Of a stretch of 64,000 nt of DNA, positions 50,549 through 64,000 are shown piece by piece. Source of the stretch: Felis catus (Eukaryota); the NCBI RefSeq assembly GCF_018350175.1, contig NC_058368.1:60700001-60764000 (forward strand), given 5' to 3'. Each line of letters starts with the position of its first letter. Position 1 is the first letter of the stretch. The notes beneath the pieces are model-generated. The model was given only the letters and a program-made list of their open reading frames with translations. It was not told where the DNA came from and made no database searches. The position numbers and the translations under genes were made by a program.

Positions 50549-53500
50549 GAGTAGCCAAGATGGCAGAACAGCATGGAAGCTTTTTGTGTGTCTCGTGTCC
50601 ATGAAATACAGCCAGACCAACACTAAACCATCCTACACACCTAGAAAACTGATTGGAGGATTAACACAACAATCTGCACAACCTGAAACACAGAATTCAG
50701 CAGGTACGTGGCACAAAGGGCTGAACTTGGGGAGCAAGAAGCCACGAAAGGGAGGGAACTGCTTTTGAGGGTGGAGGGAGGATGGCGACTAGGGAGATGG
50801 GGAGAATACGGGAAAAGCACCCCTCCGCCAAAGCAGCTGGAGAGAAAGTGGAAAATTGGAAACAGCCGCAGGGACTACACTAAAAAGGGAGAAAGGAGAA
50901 AGGAGAGGGTTTAAATTCCATTAAGACTGTAAACAAGGGGAGCACAAACTCTGCAACTCCGCAGCTTGATACCTGGCAGTGCTCTGGTGGGAAGGGTGAA
51001 TCCCCAGGAGCAGAGTGGGGTCCAGGAGGTTCTTGGACCACACGGGGAAAAGCGGTTCCACTGCTGGAAGGACATTTGGTAGAGACTGTTGAAGCCACCT
51101 GGTCCCAGCAGACCCCAGAAAGCGGCCACATTTGCTGCTGCTGGGGCAAGGTCATTAAGGGTGAAGTCTCGTTGGTTCCAGATGTGTGTTGTGATTTTCC
51201 ATAATCCCTGAAATGCTGTTGCTACACTATCTCATGGAGTTTTTCTGGGGTGGGCTGGCACCTGGCCACAGTCTTGGGGCACCAGCAACAACAGAGTCCA
51301 GTAGGCATTCCTGGGTGCAGCCAATATTTGGCTATTGCTCATTCGGCCATTGCTCGATGAGACCCTCCAGCAGAGGGGCTGAACAGGTCAAAACCGCAGT
51401 CCCTCAGAAGTAAGGGGCCGGGGAAAACAGCCGCATCTGAGACAAAACTTGGGAGAGAGGTATGGCCTGGGGCCTGGTCAGAGAGAGTGAAAAAGCGGGA
51501 AGTGGATGAGAGCTGAAGACAGAGGATGGGTGCAAAATTGCTGATCCGGGAGAACAGACTGGGTAGCCATGTGCGCCATTTTCCCTGCTCCCAAGCATGC
51601 ACATACCACCTAGGAGCACCGCAACATTCCACCCCAGTAGGCTAGCAGCACCATCTAGTGGAGAACAGAGCTATTACACCTAGCCCCACCCAACTGTGCC
51701 AACTTCCCTCTTTAAGAACACGTCTCACCACTAGCTTAATTTATGGACTATAAAGAGCTATATACAATGACTTCTAGGGGAAAACGAAGCAATTTCAGTC
51801 CTACTGCAATCTATTAGGTTCATCTATTCAATTTTCTTTCTTTTTTTTTCTTCTCTTTTACAATTCTTTTCTTTTTCTTGAATACAGAAAGAAAAAATTC
51901 ATTTTTATTTTCAATTTTTATTAAAAATATCTTTAATTTTTATTACTATGTTTTAATTTTTGTGTAAAATTCTTTAATTTCTACATTACTTCCATTGTTT
52001 TATTTTAGTAACTTCAGTGTATTCACCTTTTGAAATTTTCAAACAATTTCCTTTTTTTCTTTTCCTTTTTATCTCTTTCTCGTTTCTTTTCTTTTTCTTG
52101 AATGTGAAAAGAGAAAAACATCATTTTTACTTTCAATTTCTATTAAAAATATTCTTATTTAATTTTCATTACTATATTTTTTGCTTCTATGTAAATTTTT
52201 TCAAATTCTATTTTACTTCCATCATTTTATTTTAGTCTACTACAGTGTATTCACATTTTAAAATTTTCAAGAAATTTCTTTTTTATTTTTTCCTTTTTTA
52301 AATCGTTTTTCTCTATTTCGTTTATTTTCTCTTTTGTTAAATACAGAAAATGAAAAACAATCATATTTATTTTTAATTTTTTTTGAAAATATTTTTCTTT
52401 AATTTTTTTTACTATATTCTTTACTTTTGTGTATATTTTTTCAAATTCTATTTTACCTCATCATCTAATTTTTGTCTACTTCAGTGTATTCATTTTTTTC
52501 AAATTCTCAAATGATTTCCTTTTTTTTCCTCTAATCTGTCAACCACTTTCAACACCCAGACCAAAACACACCTAGGAGCTAGCATCATCTATTCGATTTT
52601 AGTGTATCTGTGTGTGTTCTTAATTTTTAATTTTAATATTTTTTAATTTTAATTTTCTAATTTCAATTTTTCTACCTCATGAATTCCTTTTCTCCCTTCA
52701 AAATGACAAAACGAAGGAATTCACCCCAAAAGAAAGAGCACGAAGAAACGACAGCCAGGGATTTAACCAACACAGATACAAACAAGATGTCTGAACCAGA
52801 ATTTAGAATCAGGATAATAAGAATACTAGCTGGAGCCGAAAATAGATTAGAATCCCTTTCTGCAGAGATAAAAGAAGTAAAAAATATCCAGAATGAAATT
52901 AAAAATGCTATAACTGAGTTGCAATCACGGACGGATGCAGCGGCGGCAAGGATGGATGAGGCAGAACAGAGAATCAGTGATATAGAGGAAAAACTTATAG
53001 AGAATAATGAAGCAGGAAAAAAAAAGGGGGAGATGAAAGCAAAAGAGCATGATTTAAGAGTTAGAGAAATCAATGACTCCTTAAAAAGGAACAACATCAG
53101 AATCATAGGGGTCCCAGAAGAGGAAGAGAGAGAAATAGGGCTAGAAGGGTTATGTGAGCAAATCATAGCAGAAAACTTTCCTAACCTGGGGAAAGACACA
53201 GACATCAAAATCCAGGAAGCACAAAGGACCCTCATTAGATTCAACAAAAACTAACCATCAACAAGGCATATCATAGTCAAATTCACAAAATACTCAGGCA
53301 AGGAGAGAATCATGAAAGCAGCAAGGGAAAAAAGTCCCTAACCTACAAGCGAAGACAGATCAGGTTTGCAGCAGACCTATCCACAGAAATTTGGCAGGCC
53401 AGAAAGGAGTGGTGGGATATATTCAATGTGCTGAATCAGAAAAACATGCAGCCAAGAATTCTTTATCCAGCAAGGCTGTCACTCAAAATAGAAGGAGAGA

Positions 53501-53616
53501 TAAAAAGTTTCCTAGACAAACTTTAATTTCCCAGACAAACAAAAATTAAAGGAGTTTCTGACCACTAAAACAGCCCTGTAAGAAATTTTAAGGGGGACTG
53601 AGGGGAGAAAAGATTA

Positions 53617-53688
<72 letters not shown>

Positions 53689-56600
53689 AAAAGGAACAAA
53701 AGATTAGAAAGGACCAGAGAATGCCACCAGAAACTCCAACTCTACAAGCATCATAATGGCAATAAATTTATATCTTTCAGTACTCACTCTAAATGTAAAT
53801 GGACTCAATTTTCCAATCAAAAGACACAGGGTAACAGAATGGATAAGAAAAAAAGATCCATCTATATGCTGTTTACAAGAGACCCACTTTAGACCTAAAG
53901 ACACCCTCAGATTGAAAATAAGGAGATGGAGAACCATCTATCATGCTAATGGTCAACAAAAGGAAGCCAGAGTAACCATACTTATATCAGACAATCTAGA
54001 CTTTAAACCAAAGACTATATCAAGAGATGGAAAAGGGCATTACATCATAATCAAGGGGTCTATCGACCAAGAAGACCTAACAGTTGTAAACATTTATGCG
54101 CCATATGAGGCAGAACCCAAATATATAAATCAACTAATCACAAACATAAAGAAACTCATCGATAGTAATACCATAATAGTAGGAGACTTTAACGCCCCGC
54201 TCACAGCAATGGACAGATCATCTAATCAAAAATTCAACAAGGAAACAATGGCTTTGAATGACACACCAGACCAGATGGACTTCACAGATATATTCAGAAC
54301 ATTTCATCCTAAAGCAGCAGAATATACATTCTTCTCCAGTGCACATGGAATGTTCTCCAGAATAGACCATATACTGGGACACAAATCAACCCTAAGTAAG
54401 TACAAAAAATCAAGATCATACCGTGCATATTTTCAGACCACAACGCTATGAAACTCGAAATCAACCACAAGGAAAAATTTGGAAAGGTAACAAATACTTG
54501 GAGACTGAAGAACATCCTACTAAAGAATGAATGGGTTAACCAAGAAGTTGAAGAGGAAATTAAGAAGTATATGGAAGCCAATGAAAATGATAACACCACA
54601 ACCTAAAACCTCTGGGACCCAGCAAAGGCGGTCATAAGAGGAAAGTATATAGCAACAGGCCTTCCTAAAGAGGGAAGAAAGGTCTCAGATACACAACCTA
54701 ACCTAATGCCTTAAGGAGCTGGAAAAAGAGCAGCAAATACAACCCAAAACCAGCAGAAGACAGGAAAAAATAAAGATTAGAGCAGAAATTAATGCTATTG
54801 AAACCAAAAAAACAGTAGAACAGATCAATGAAACCAGAAGCTGGTTCTTTGAAAGAATTAACAAAATTGACAAACGACTAGCCAGTTTGATCAAGAAGAA
54901 AAAGGAAAGGACCTAAATACACCAAATCAAGAATGAAACAGAAGAGATCAGAACCAACACAGCAGAAATAAAAACAATAATAAGAAAATATTTGAGCAAT
55001 TATATGCCAATAAAATGGGCAATCTGGAAGAAATGGACAAAGTCCTAGAAACATAAGCACTACAAAAGCTGAAACAGGAAGAAATAGAAAATTTGAACAG
55101 ACCCATAACCAGTAAGGAAATCGAATTAGTAATCAAAAATCTGCCAAAAATCAAGAGTCCAGGGCCAGATGGCTTTCCAGGAGAATTCTACCAAAAATTT
55201 AAGGAAGAGCTAACACCTATTCTCTTGAAGGTGTTCCAAAAAATAGAAATGGAAGGAAAACTTCCAAACTCTTTCTATGGAAGCCAGCATTACCTTGATT
55301 CTAAAACCAGACAGAGACCCCACTAAAAAGGAGAACTATAGACCAATTTCCCTGATGAACATGGATGCAAAAATCCTCAACAAGATATTAGCCAACCAGA
55401 CCCAACAATACATTAAAAATAATTATTCACCATGACCAAGCAGGATTTATCCCTGGGATTCAGGGCTGGTTCAATATCCACAAAACAATCAATGTGATTC
55501 ATAACATCAATAAAAGAAAGGACAAGAACGATATGATCCTCTCAATAGATGCAGACAAAGCATTTGACAAAATACAGCATCCTTTCTTGATAAAAACCCT
55601 CAAGAAAGTAGGGATAGAAGGATACCTCAAGATCATAAAAGCCATATATGAATGACCCAACGCTAATATCATCCTCAATGGGGAAAAACTGAGAGCTTTG
55701 CCCCTAAGGTAAGGAACAAGACAGGGATGTACTCTTGCCACTGTTATTCAACATAATATTGGAAGTCTTAGCCTCTGTAATCAGACAACACAAAGAAATA
55801 AAAGGCATCCAAATCGGCCAGGAGGAGGTCAAACTTTCACTCTTCACAGATGACATGATACTCTATATGGAAAACCCAAAAGATTCCACAAAAAAACTGC
55901 TGGAATTGATTCATGAATTCAGCAAAGTTGCAGGACATAAAATCAACGCACAGAAATCAGTTACATTCTTATACACCAACAATGAAGTGACAGAAAGAGA
56001 AATCAAGGCATCAATCCCATTTACAGTTGCACAAAAAACCATAAAATACCTAGGAATAAATCTAACCAAAGAGGTGAAAAATCTATACACAGAAAACTAT
56101 GGAAAGCTTATGAAAGAAATTGAAGAGGACACAAAAAAATGGAAAGAAAAATTTCATGCTCCTGGATAGGAAGAACAAATATTATTAAAAAGTTAATACT
56201 ACCCAAAGCAATCTACATATTCAATGCAATCCCTATCAAAGTAACATCAGCATTCTTCACAGAGCTAGAACAAATAATCGTAAAATTTGTATGGAACCAG
56301 AAGAGACCATGAATAGCCAAAGCAATCTTGAAAAAGAAAACCAAAGCAGGAGGCATCACAATCCCAGACTTCAAGCTATACTACAAAGCTGTAATCATTA
56401 AGACAGTATGGTACTGGCACAACAACAGACACTCAGATCAATGGAACAGAATAGAGAACCCCGAAATGGACCCACAAACATATGGCCAACTAATCTTTGA
56501 CAAAGCAGGAAAGAATACCAAATGGAATAAAGACAGTCTCTTCAGCAAGTGGTGCTGGGAAAACTGGACAGCGACATGCAGAAGAATGAACCAGGACCAC

Positions 56601-58054
56601 TTTCTTACACCATACACAAAAATAAACTCAAAATGGATTAAAGACCTCAATGTAAGACAGGAAGCCATCAAAATCCTCGAGGAGTTGGGGCGCCTGGGTC
56701 GCGCAGTCGGTTAAGCGTCCGACTTCGGCCAGGTCACGATCTCGCGGTCCGGGAGTTCGAGCCCCGCGTCGGGCTCTGGGCTGATGGCTCAGAGCCTGGA
56801 GCCTGCTTCCGATTCTGTGTCTCCCTCTCTCTCTGCCCCTCCCCTGTTCATGCTCTGTCTCTCTCTGTCCCAAAAATAAATAAACGTTGAAAAAAAATTA
56901 AAAAAAAAAATCCTCGAGGAGGAAGCAGGCAAAAACCTCTTTGATCTTGCCCGCAGCAACTTCTTATTCAATACATCTCGGGAGGCAAGGGAAACAAAAG
57001 AAAAAATGAACTACTGGGACCTCATCAAAATAAAAAGCTTCTGCACAGCAAAGGAAACAATCAGAAAAACTAAAAGGCAAGCAACAGAATGGGAGAAGAT
57101 ATTTGCAAATGACATATCAGATAAAGGGTTAATATCCAAAATCTATAAAGAACTTACTGAACTCAACACCCAAAAAAACAAATAATCCAGTGAAGAAATG
57201 GGCAAAAGACACGAATAGACATGTCTCCAAGGAAGACATCCAGATGGCCAAGTGACACATGAAAACATGCTCAACATCACTCATCATCAGGGAAATCCAA
57301 ATCAAAACCACAATGAGATACCACCTTACACCTGTCAGAATGGCTAACATTAACAACTCGGGCAACAACAGATGTTGGTGAGGATGCGGAGAAAGAGGAT
57401 CTCTTTTGCATTGTTGGTGGCAATGCAAGCTAGTGCAGCCACTCTGGAAAACAGTATGGAGTTTCCTCAAAAAACTAAAAATAGAACTCCCCAAGACCCA
57501 GCAATTGCACTAGTAGGCATTTATCCATGGGTACTGTCGTGCTGTTTCGAAGGGACACATGCACCTGCATGTTTATAGCAGCACTATCAACAATAGCCAA
57601 AGTATGGAAGGAGCCCAAATGCGCATCGATGGATGAATGGGTAAAGAAGATGTGGTATAGATATATACAATGGAGTATTTATTACTCGGCAATCAAAAAG
57701 AATGAAATCTTGCCATTTGCAACTACGCGGATGGAACTGGAGGATATTATTCTAAGTGAAATTAGTCAGAGAAAGACAAAAATCATATGAACTTCACTCA
57801 TATGAGGACTTTAAGAGACAAAGCAGGTGAACATAAGGGAAGGGAAACAAAAATAATACAAAAACAGGGAGGGGGACAAAACAGAAGAGACTCATAAATA
57901 TGGAGAACAAACTGAGAGTTGATGGAGGGGTTGTGGGAGGGGGGATGGGCTAAATGGGTAAGAGGCATTAAGGAATCTACTTCTGAAATCATTGTTGCAC
58001 GATATGCTAATTTGGATGTGAATTTAAAAAAAATAAAAAATCGAATTAAAAAAA
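50549..58054 (+). mobile_element. Near full-length feline L1, inactivated
   Basis: 5'UTR begins gagtagccaagatggc. ORF1 starts MTKRRNSPQKK at 52703 with a premature stop at 53252. ORF2 starts at 53756 (endonuclease LTLNVNGLN...[14 protein letters not shown]) and has many stops and frameshifts. 3'UTR and A tail present. TSD taaaataacttc(c/t)ta (50534-50548 / 58055-58069). Confidence 0.97.
56687..56906 (+). mobile_element. Young Can-SINE nested in L1 ORF2
   Basis: TSD aaaatcctcgaggag (56670-56684 / 56907-56921). Confidence 0.97.
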
Positions 58055-58634
58055 TAAAATAACTTCTTATTAAATACAATCAAGAAATTTTGAATCATTC
58101 TTTTGAAGAACTAGAGTATGACATATGTTAAATATGGACAGACAGACTTTTGGCAGATAGTTATTTCTCAAGAATCATCTCTTAGAAAAATATATTTCCT
58201 TTTTTTTTCACTATGTTGCATGGGAAAATTAGCCCATCGATTTTCCTGTAACCAAAGAAAAGGATACACCCAGAATAATGTGCACAGTATTTTTTAAGTT
58301 TCTAATCTAAGGCACATTCAAATATTTCCATTGACATGTTTATAGCACTTTTCTAAGATAATCACCATGTAAAGAAAGTTTGCAGATAAATTACTTTCAA
58401 ATTAACTGTATATAACAACCATTTCAGTTGCTTTTGCCTTTATATTTTGCATAAGAAAGCAGTGCCATTTAGACATCATGCTGACAATTCTCAAGTTTTT
58501 AAGATAGAAGACCAGGGCACTTTAAATTGATATAAAATTTGAGCCTTATATATAGAACTGATACAAAATTTGAGCTTTATAATATCCATATAAAGTAACC
58601 TTTTCTCCCTTCCTACCCCCTATCTATTTATATG

Positions 58635-58635
<1 letters not shown>

Positions 58636-58686
<51 letters not shown>
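58636..58686 (+). repeat. (TATC)n microsatellite
   Basis: Direct observation. Confidence 0.95.
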
Positions 58687-59569
58687 ATCCACTCACCTAT
58701 ATATCTTAAGGGAATTTATGAAATGGTCCCTAAGATCTGCCTCCTCCACCCCCACTGTACAAACCCTGTAAAATACCTAGTGGGGATGGCACCTGGTCTC
58801 TAGTAGTCTGATAAAAGCAGCTGTGGAAAGAACTGTTCTGATAGTTTCCAGACTGAGACTGAACCAAGGATCCTGAGCAAGAGGCAGGGACAAATAGAAG
58901 ACTCTCCAGCCATTCCAACCATAGATTTAGTGGCAGTTACAAATTAAGAAAACAGTGGTCTGGACCTGTATACCTCTTTATTCTTAATTTATAAATGTCT
59001 AATTTTGCTAATGCCTTATGGAATTAATTACTTTATCTTCAGATTTTCCTTGATGTGCAACAACTGAAAAACTTTCACCTCTGTTTGAGCCACATAAACT
59101 ATTTTTTCCTTGATAGTATCTACATAACACATTCTTACATTGAACAGTATAAAATTTAGTTTTTTGTATGCACAGAGAATATCAAACTTGTGAGTGGCAG
59201 GAATAAGCTTCAGAATTTTGCTGTACCAAATTCCAGACAACTTTTTCTTTTTTCATGGTGCCATGATGTTTTCTTGAGTTACGTTTGGGTTTCACACCAC
59301 TCCTAAATCTTCAGTGATATAAGTATGAAAAGTCAGTATTTCAGAGTCCCTAAGTCACTGAGGTGTACAGACATTCTAAGTAATTTCTTCCTATCACTTG
59401 GGTTTCCTCAGAGCTGCCCACATCATGACTGGTCTCACTAAGTGCTTCTCATCTCTCAAGTAGGTGTCAGATCAGTGCCTTTGGTTTCATTACTGATATA
59501 AGAGCTTACTTTATGTTTGTATGTAGAATGGAAGCTCCACGAAAGTAGGGTGTTGGTTTATTTCTTCAA

Positions 59570-59787
59570 AAAAATTTTTTTAATGTTTATTTATTTTTGA
59601 GAGAGAGCGAGAGAGCGAGAGAGAGCGTGAGCAGTGGAGGGGCAGAGAGAGGGAGACGCAGCATCTGAAGCAGGCTCCAGGCTCTGAGCTGTCAGCACAG
59701 AGCCTGATGAGGGGCCTGAACCCATGAACCAAGAGATGACCTCAGCTGAAGTCAGATGCTTAACTGACTGAGCTACCCAGGCACCCC
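59570..59787 (-). mobile_element. Can-SINE
   Basis: Reverse-complement consensus ending ccaggcacccc. Confidence 0.93.
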
Positions 59788-62149
59788 ATTTCTGTATGTT
59801 TAGTAAATACAATAGCATTCCGCACATAAAACAGATTTAATACATGCCTGGAAGATAATACACATACATATGTTACATGCCCATATATAAATGTTATTAT
59901 ATATTGCCACTTTGTTGGTTTAGTATAAAATTATAAAGATTGTAAAGTCTACATTTCCTTCTACAGATGGATTAAAAACAAATGCTTATTATAGAAAATG
60001 AATCCTATTATTGGCTGTTTAAGTGGAAGACTTAAAATCAGTCAATTAAAAATTATATTCATTACAGAAATATCTTTTACATTAACTTAATATCTAAAAC
60101 AATTTGATCAGTTTCAAATGGATGGATTTTCCCTTAAGAATAAATCTTTGTTCTAAAGGTACTCCATTTTAGAAAGTTACAAAATATTCTCTTGTACAGT
60201 TTATGATGGGCATATGAATTACCTCTTTTTCCAGTGAAACAATGCTAAAGAAATTTTTACACAAACATAAACATGTACCCATATCATCACTAAGGGAGGA
60301 AAGAAAACAGTCACGTGTAGACGAGACATTATGGGGAAGATTAAATAGATGAGAATATATAATATGTAAGCCATGGCCAGAGAAACAGAACTTTATAAAG
60401 GCAATATTAAAAATGGTGGATATTCTTTCTCTGACACACTAAGAGTTTCCAAATTTGGTCTTGGTAGTTTGAGATGGGGTAGCAAGTGAAACAGGAGCCA
60501 CGTTGACTATTTCAAGGAATGTCTGTACCTTTTACAGTCAGTCTCTCACTTTTATTGGACAAGCAAAATTTTACACCTATGAAAGCAGACAGGAAATTGA
60601 AAATGCCCCCAAGGAGGAAAAAAACCTACCTATAATAAAATCAGATTGATATCTGTCTGCTTATCACTAATACTTAATGTTAGAAAAAAATGAGAAATAC
60701 CTTTAAATTGTTAGAAGGAAAATACCTTTAATCTGGAATTTTATTTCCTATCAGCTAGAAGTGAAAGCAAAACCGAAGATTCTGACATTTTTATATGGGT
60801 TTCTTGAATATTTTCTCCTTCACAAAAAATATATACATTATTATATATTAATATGTAATATCTATGCACTATGTATTGTTATACCATACATTATATATTA
60901 ACATTTTACTATGTAATATATACTGAAAATATATAACACATTAATAATATATATTAGTATTGGTAGCTTGAAAAATTATGGAAGTTACAAAACACTGAGA
61001 AAAACATGGTAAATAAGATAATTCTCTAAAATAGCGTGATTAAGAAACTAGTCTATTAAAATGAATGCCTATTATTATACTTATTATGCCTTGTTTTTGT
61101 TTTTGGCCTAAGTAGTACTATATTTCACTAAAATAAATTAAGTAAAAAGGACAGGAATTCTAAAGACAGAACTAGGTCACGGTTGTTGCATGGCCTTTAA
61201 TCCCTATAAAATATAATACCCAAACAATGTTTAAAACCCTCCTGATTGCATTAGGCCTTCTGACAGAGAAAACAGATACTACAGGAATATATAAATCTTT
61301 TGAGGCCAGGTAATCTGTGCTCAATAACTGAGCCCTACCTCTACTAACTCAACCAGGTACTACCTTTTCCAGAAAAAAAGGCACAATCCTGATCCTTATA
61401 AATGAGTCTTCCAAATCTGAAATTGTGTCTTAAAGGGATATCTACTTAAAACAATTCATCTACCTAAAATTCAAAGCGATTTATTTATCTTCAATTCATT
61501 AATGGAAACGTACCAAGAAAATGTGATTCTGAAATAAAAATAGGTGAAATTTCAAATGAAGACACGGTTGCCAATTTCCTTCAGTTCACAGACACAGCTG
61601 CCCTATAGTAATGGGTACAAAACAATCTGGCTCCTATGCTAACATATAAATAACAAAACCTACATATTCCAGGGTTTTTAACACCAAAATAATACTATTT
61701 CTTCATCTCCCCTAAGTCTTGTGAGAGGGAAACCCAGCTACACTCTTCATATTTCACATCAGGTTTGGGGACTCAACACAGATTGCTTTATGTTGTTATC
61801 GGAAGAAATAAAGATTAAGTGTGGTATGTACTTAGAAATGGGATAATAGTTATGATAAAATCTGATATCTTAAATGGTTAAAAAGTTTACTTCTGGAAGA
61901 ACAGGAGGGATGACTTTATACTTTTTTTATACTCTTTCTTACCGTATGGATGTGTTACCATATGCTTGTATTACTTTTATTATGTTTATTATGATTATTT
62001 GGGGGTTATATATCCTTTCAGCTTATTTTCATATGCAAATATCCAATTTTTCTTTTAAAATTTTGAAGTCATATTATACTCTTTGCAATATTTTATTTCT
62101 CCCAATTAACACATGGAAAAAAAATTCTAAACCATTAGGTAAAAACATA

Positions 62150-62540
62150 ATTTTTTTCAGCTTTACTGAGGTACAACTGATAAATTAAATTTTTATATAA
62201 TTAAGGTACACAACTTGATATTTTCATGTATGCATGCATGTGAAATGATCACCACAATCAACATAATTAACATCCATCATCTCACATAGTTGCCTCTTCC
62301 TTCTTTCCTTCCTTCCTTCCTTCCTTCCTTCCTTCCTTCCTTCCTTCCTTCCCTCCTTCCTTCCTTCCTTTCTCCCACTTGCTTGCTTGCTTTCTGTCTG
62401 TCTCTCTCTCTCTTTCTGTGTGTAGTGAGAATACTCAAGATTTACTCTCTTGGAAAATTTCAAGTATACAATACAATATTGTTAACTATAGTCACCATGC
62501 TGCACATTAGATCTTCAGAACTTATTCATCTTATGTAATT
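62150..62540 (-). mobile_element. L1 3'UTR fragment containing (CCTT)n
   Basis: cagctttactgaggtacaactga...ttaactatagtcaccatgctgcacattagatcttcagaacttattcatct. Confidence 0.88.
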
Positions 62541-62698
62541 GAAGCAATGCTATTACAACTATTTGTAATTGGCAGTATTTTCTGTTTTCACTGAATATTC
62601 TTTATAGCATAGTATTATACTGGATGCTAAGTCTGCTCAAAATAATGTATAGTTTCACTCAACAAACGTTAACACTTGATTTAAATATTTGTGTAAGT

Positions 62699-62699
<1 letters not shown>

Positions 62700-62750
<51 letters not shown>
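62700..62750 (+). repeat. (CA)n microsatellite
   Basis: Direct observation. Confidence 0.95.
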
Positions 62751-63814
62751 GTTCAAATAGGTAAACATTAAAGATAGAAGCTAGGTTTTCCTCCTATTTA
62801 AGAAGTGATTTGCAAATATAAAGGGGAGAAAACTTGTGTTTTGCATCACAATTAGAAATATCAGTGTTAAGAAAATATTAAATACATATCATATGCATTC
62901 ATATATGTGTATGACTATATACATACATGTGTGTGTTTATGTGTGTGTACACACTCATGCATCTGGCTACGTTTGTATTCCTTTGTATGTACACAGAGAA
63001 ATCCTGGGAGCAGTGACACTGTAAAAACAAAGAACACATTCTGTACTCAGATAGACCATCCCCTCTGCTCCCTTTCCCTATATGCACTTATATCTTCTCC
63101 TGTGTGGGCATCCTACACTCTGCTCTGATTTCAACACAATGTGTTGGGTCCTCCCTGCAAGGATTCCCTTCCTAACCTGGTTGGACATGAACACTCCACC
63201 CGAGATGGCCCCTCACAGAATACCCTTCTTATCCTGCTCGATTTCTACTATCTTATACCTGACTGCACCTCTTCCATGTGGAGGATGCACTCACACTGTG
63301 AATTCCCATATTGGCTGCCAACTCCTTCCCCAACCAAAAACGTTTCCTACTCAGCATAGTCTCTGACCATCTGCACTGTTATTTCTACTCCCATCCCTAC
63401 CCAGGTGTGTGAATATCTTCCTAATCCACCCCAGTGGATCTGACCATCCCTTGTAGAAACACTCCTCATCCTGCTTTGACTTTGGCATGCTCTCCTGAGA
63501 CCCCATCCTGCTCAGATGCCCCTCTCACAGTAATTCAGCTCCTATATTCCATACTAAGAATCTGTCTCCACAGCATCCTTCTCATTTCTCTCCAACTCTT
63601 CTGATAACTTCTCTAGGACACTTTCTCCCCCATTTCCAGATTAGATGCCTACTTGACTCTAAGATAAAAATAGCTGAGGTAGAGAAGGTGGAAAGAGATG
63701 AAGCGGTTGTGAAAGAGTAAGATAACAAGGAAGAGACAGAGCCCAAAAGAATCTTAAATGTTATCAATCATAATGTATAATGCAGGTTAAAAAAATAAAA
63801 ATAACTTCTTTATA

Positions 63815-64000
63815 TTTTTTATTATAAATTTTTAATGTTTATTCATTTCTTTAGAGAGAGTGAGTGCAAGCGGGAGAATGGTAGAGAGAGAGTAAGACAC
63901 AGAATCCGAAGCAGACTCCAGGCTCTGAGCTGTCAGCACAGAGCCCAACGTGGGGCTCGAACTCACAAACTGTGAGATCATGACCTGAGTGGAAGTCAGA
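63815..64000 (-). mobile_element. Can-SINE, cut by window end
   Basis: agaatccgaagcagactccaggctctgagctgtcagcacagagccc. Confidence 0.93.

Noticed and set aside
63050..63600. Loosely repeated pyrimidine-rich units (catcctgct...) as a novel repeat array
   Set aside because: The periodicity is irregular and the sequence is probably a degenerate old LINE segment; a CRISPR-like or functional array cannot be supported.
1..64000. Most ORFs in the supplied track as genes
   Set aside because: They derive from SINEs, L1 (either strand), microsatellites or chance open frames; no spliced host gene structure could be supported.

Overview
Mammalian genomic DNA, almost certainly felid: it carries many tRNA-derived Can-SINEs of the cat type and carnivore L1s. 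It is AT-rich, with no recognisable intact host gene. The main result comes from hand translation across stops and frameshifts. The non-repeat sequence between about 500 and 19000 reads as a heavily decayed endogenous paramyxovirus-like genome, with genes in the canonical viral order M - F - attachment (HN/H/G-like) - L. The middle of L (RdRp motifs B-E, capping, connector, methyltransferase; about 10.1-18.3 kb) lies on the opposite strand from the L N-terminus (7.7-9.4 kb) and C-terminus (18.5-19.0 kb), implying an internal inversion of about 9 kb. The viral remnant is interrupted by L2-, MIR- and MaLR-like repeats as well as L1s and Can-SINEs, which suggests a very old integration. The viral reference motifs were recalled from memory and aligned by eye, so a translated homology search is required to confirm them. 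The rest of the window (19-64 kb) is ordinary repeat-rich sequence: old L1 fragments, twin-primed L1s, a near full-length dead L1 (50549-58054), LTR/ERVL-like pieces, SINEs and microsatellites.
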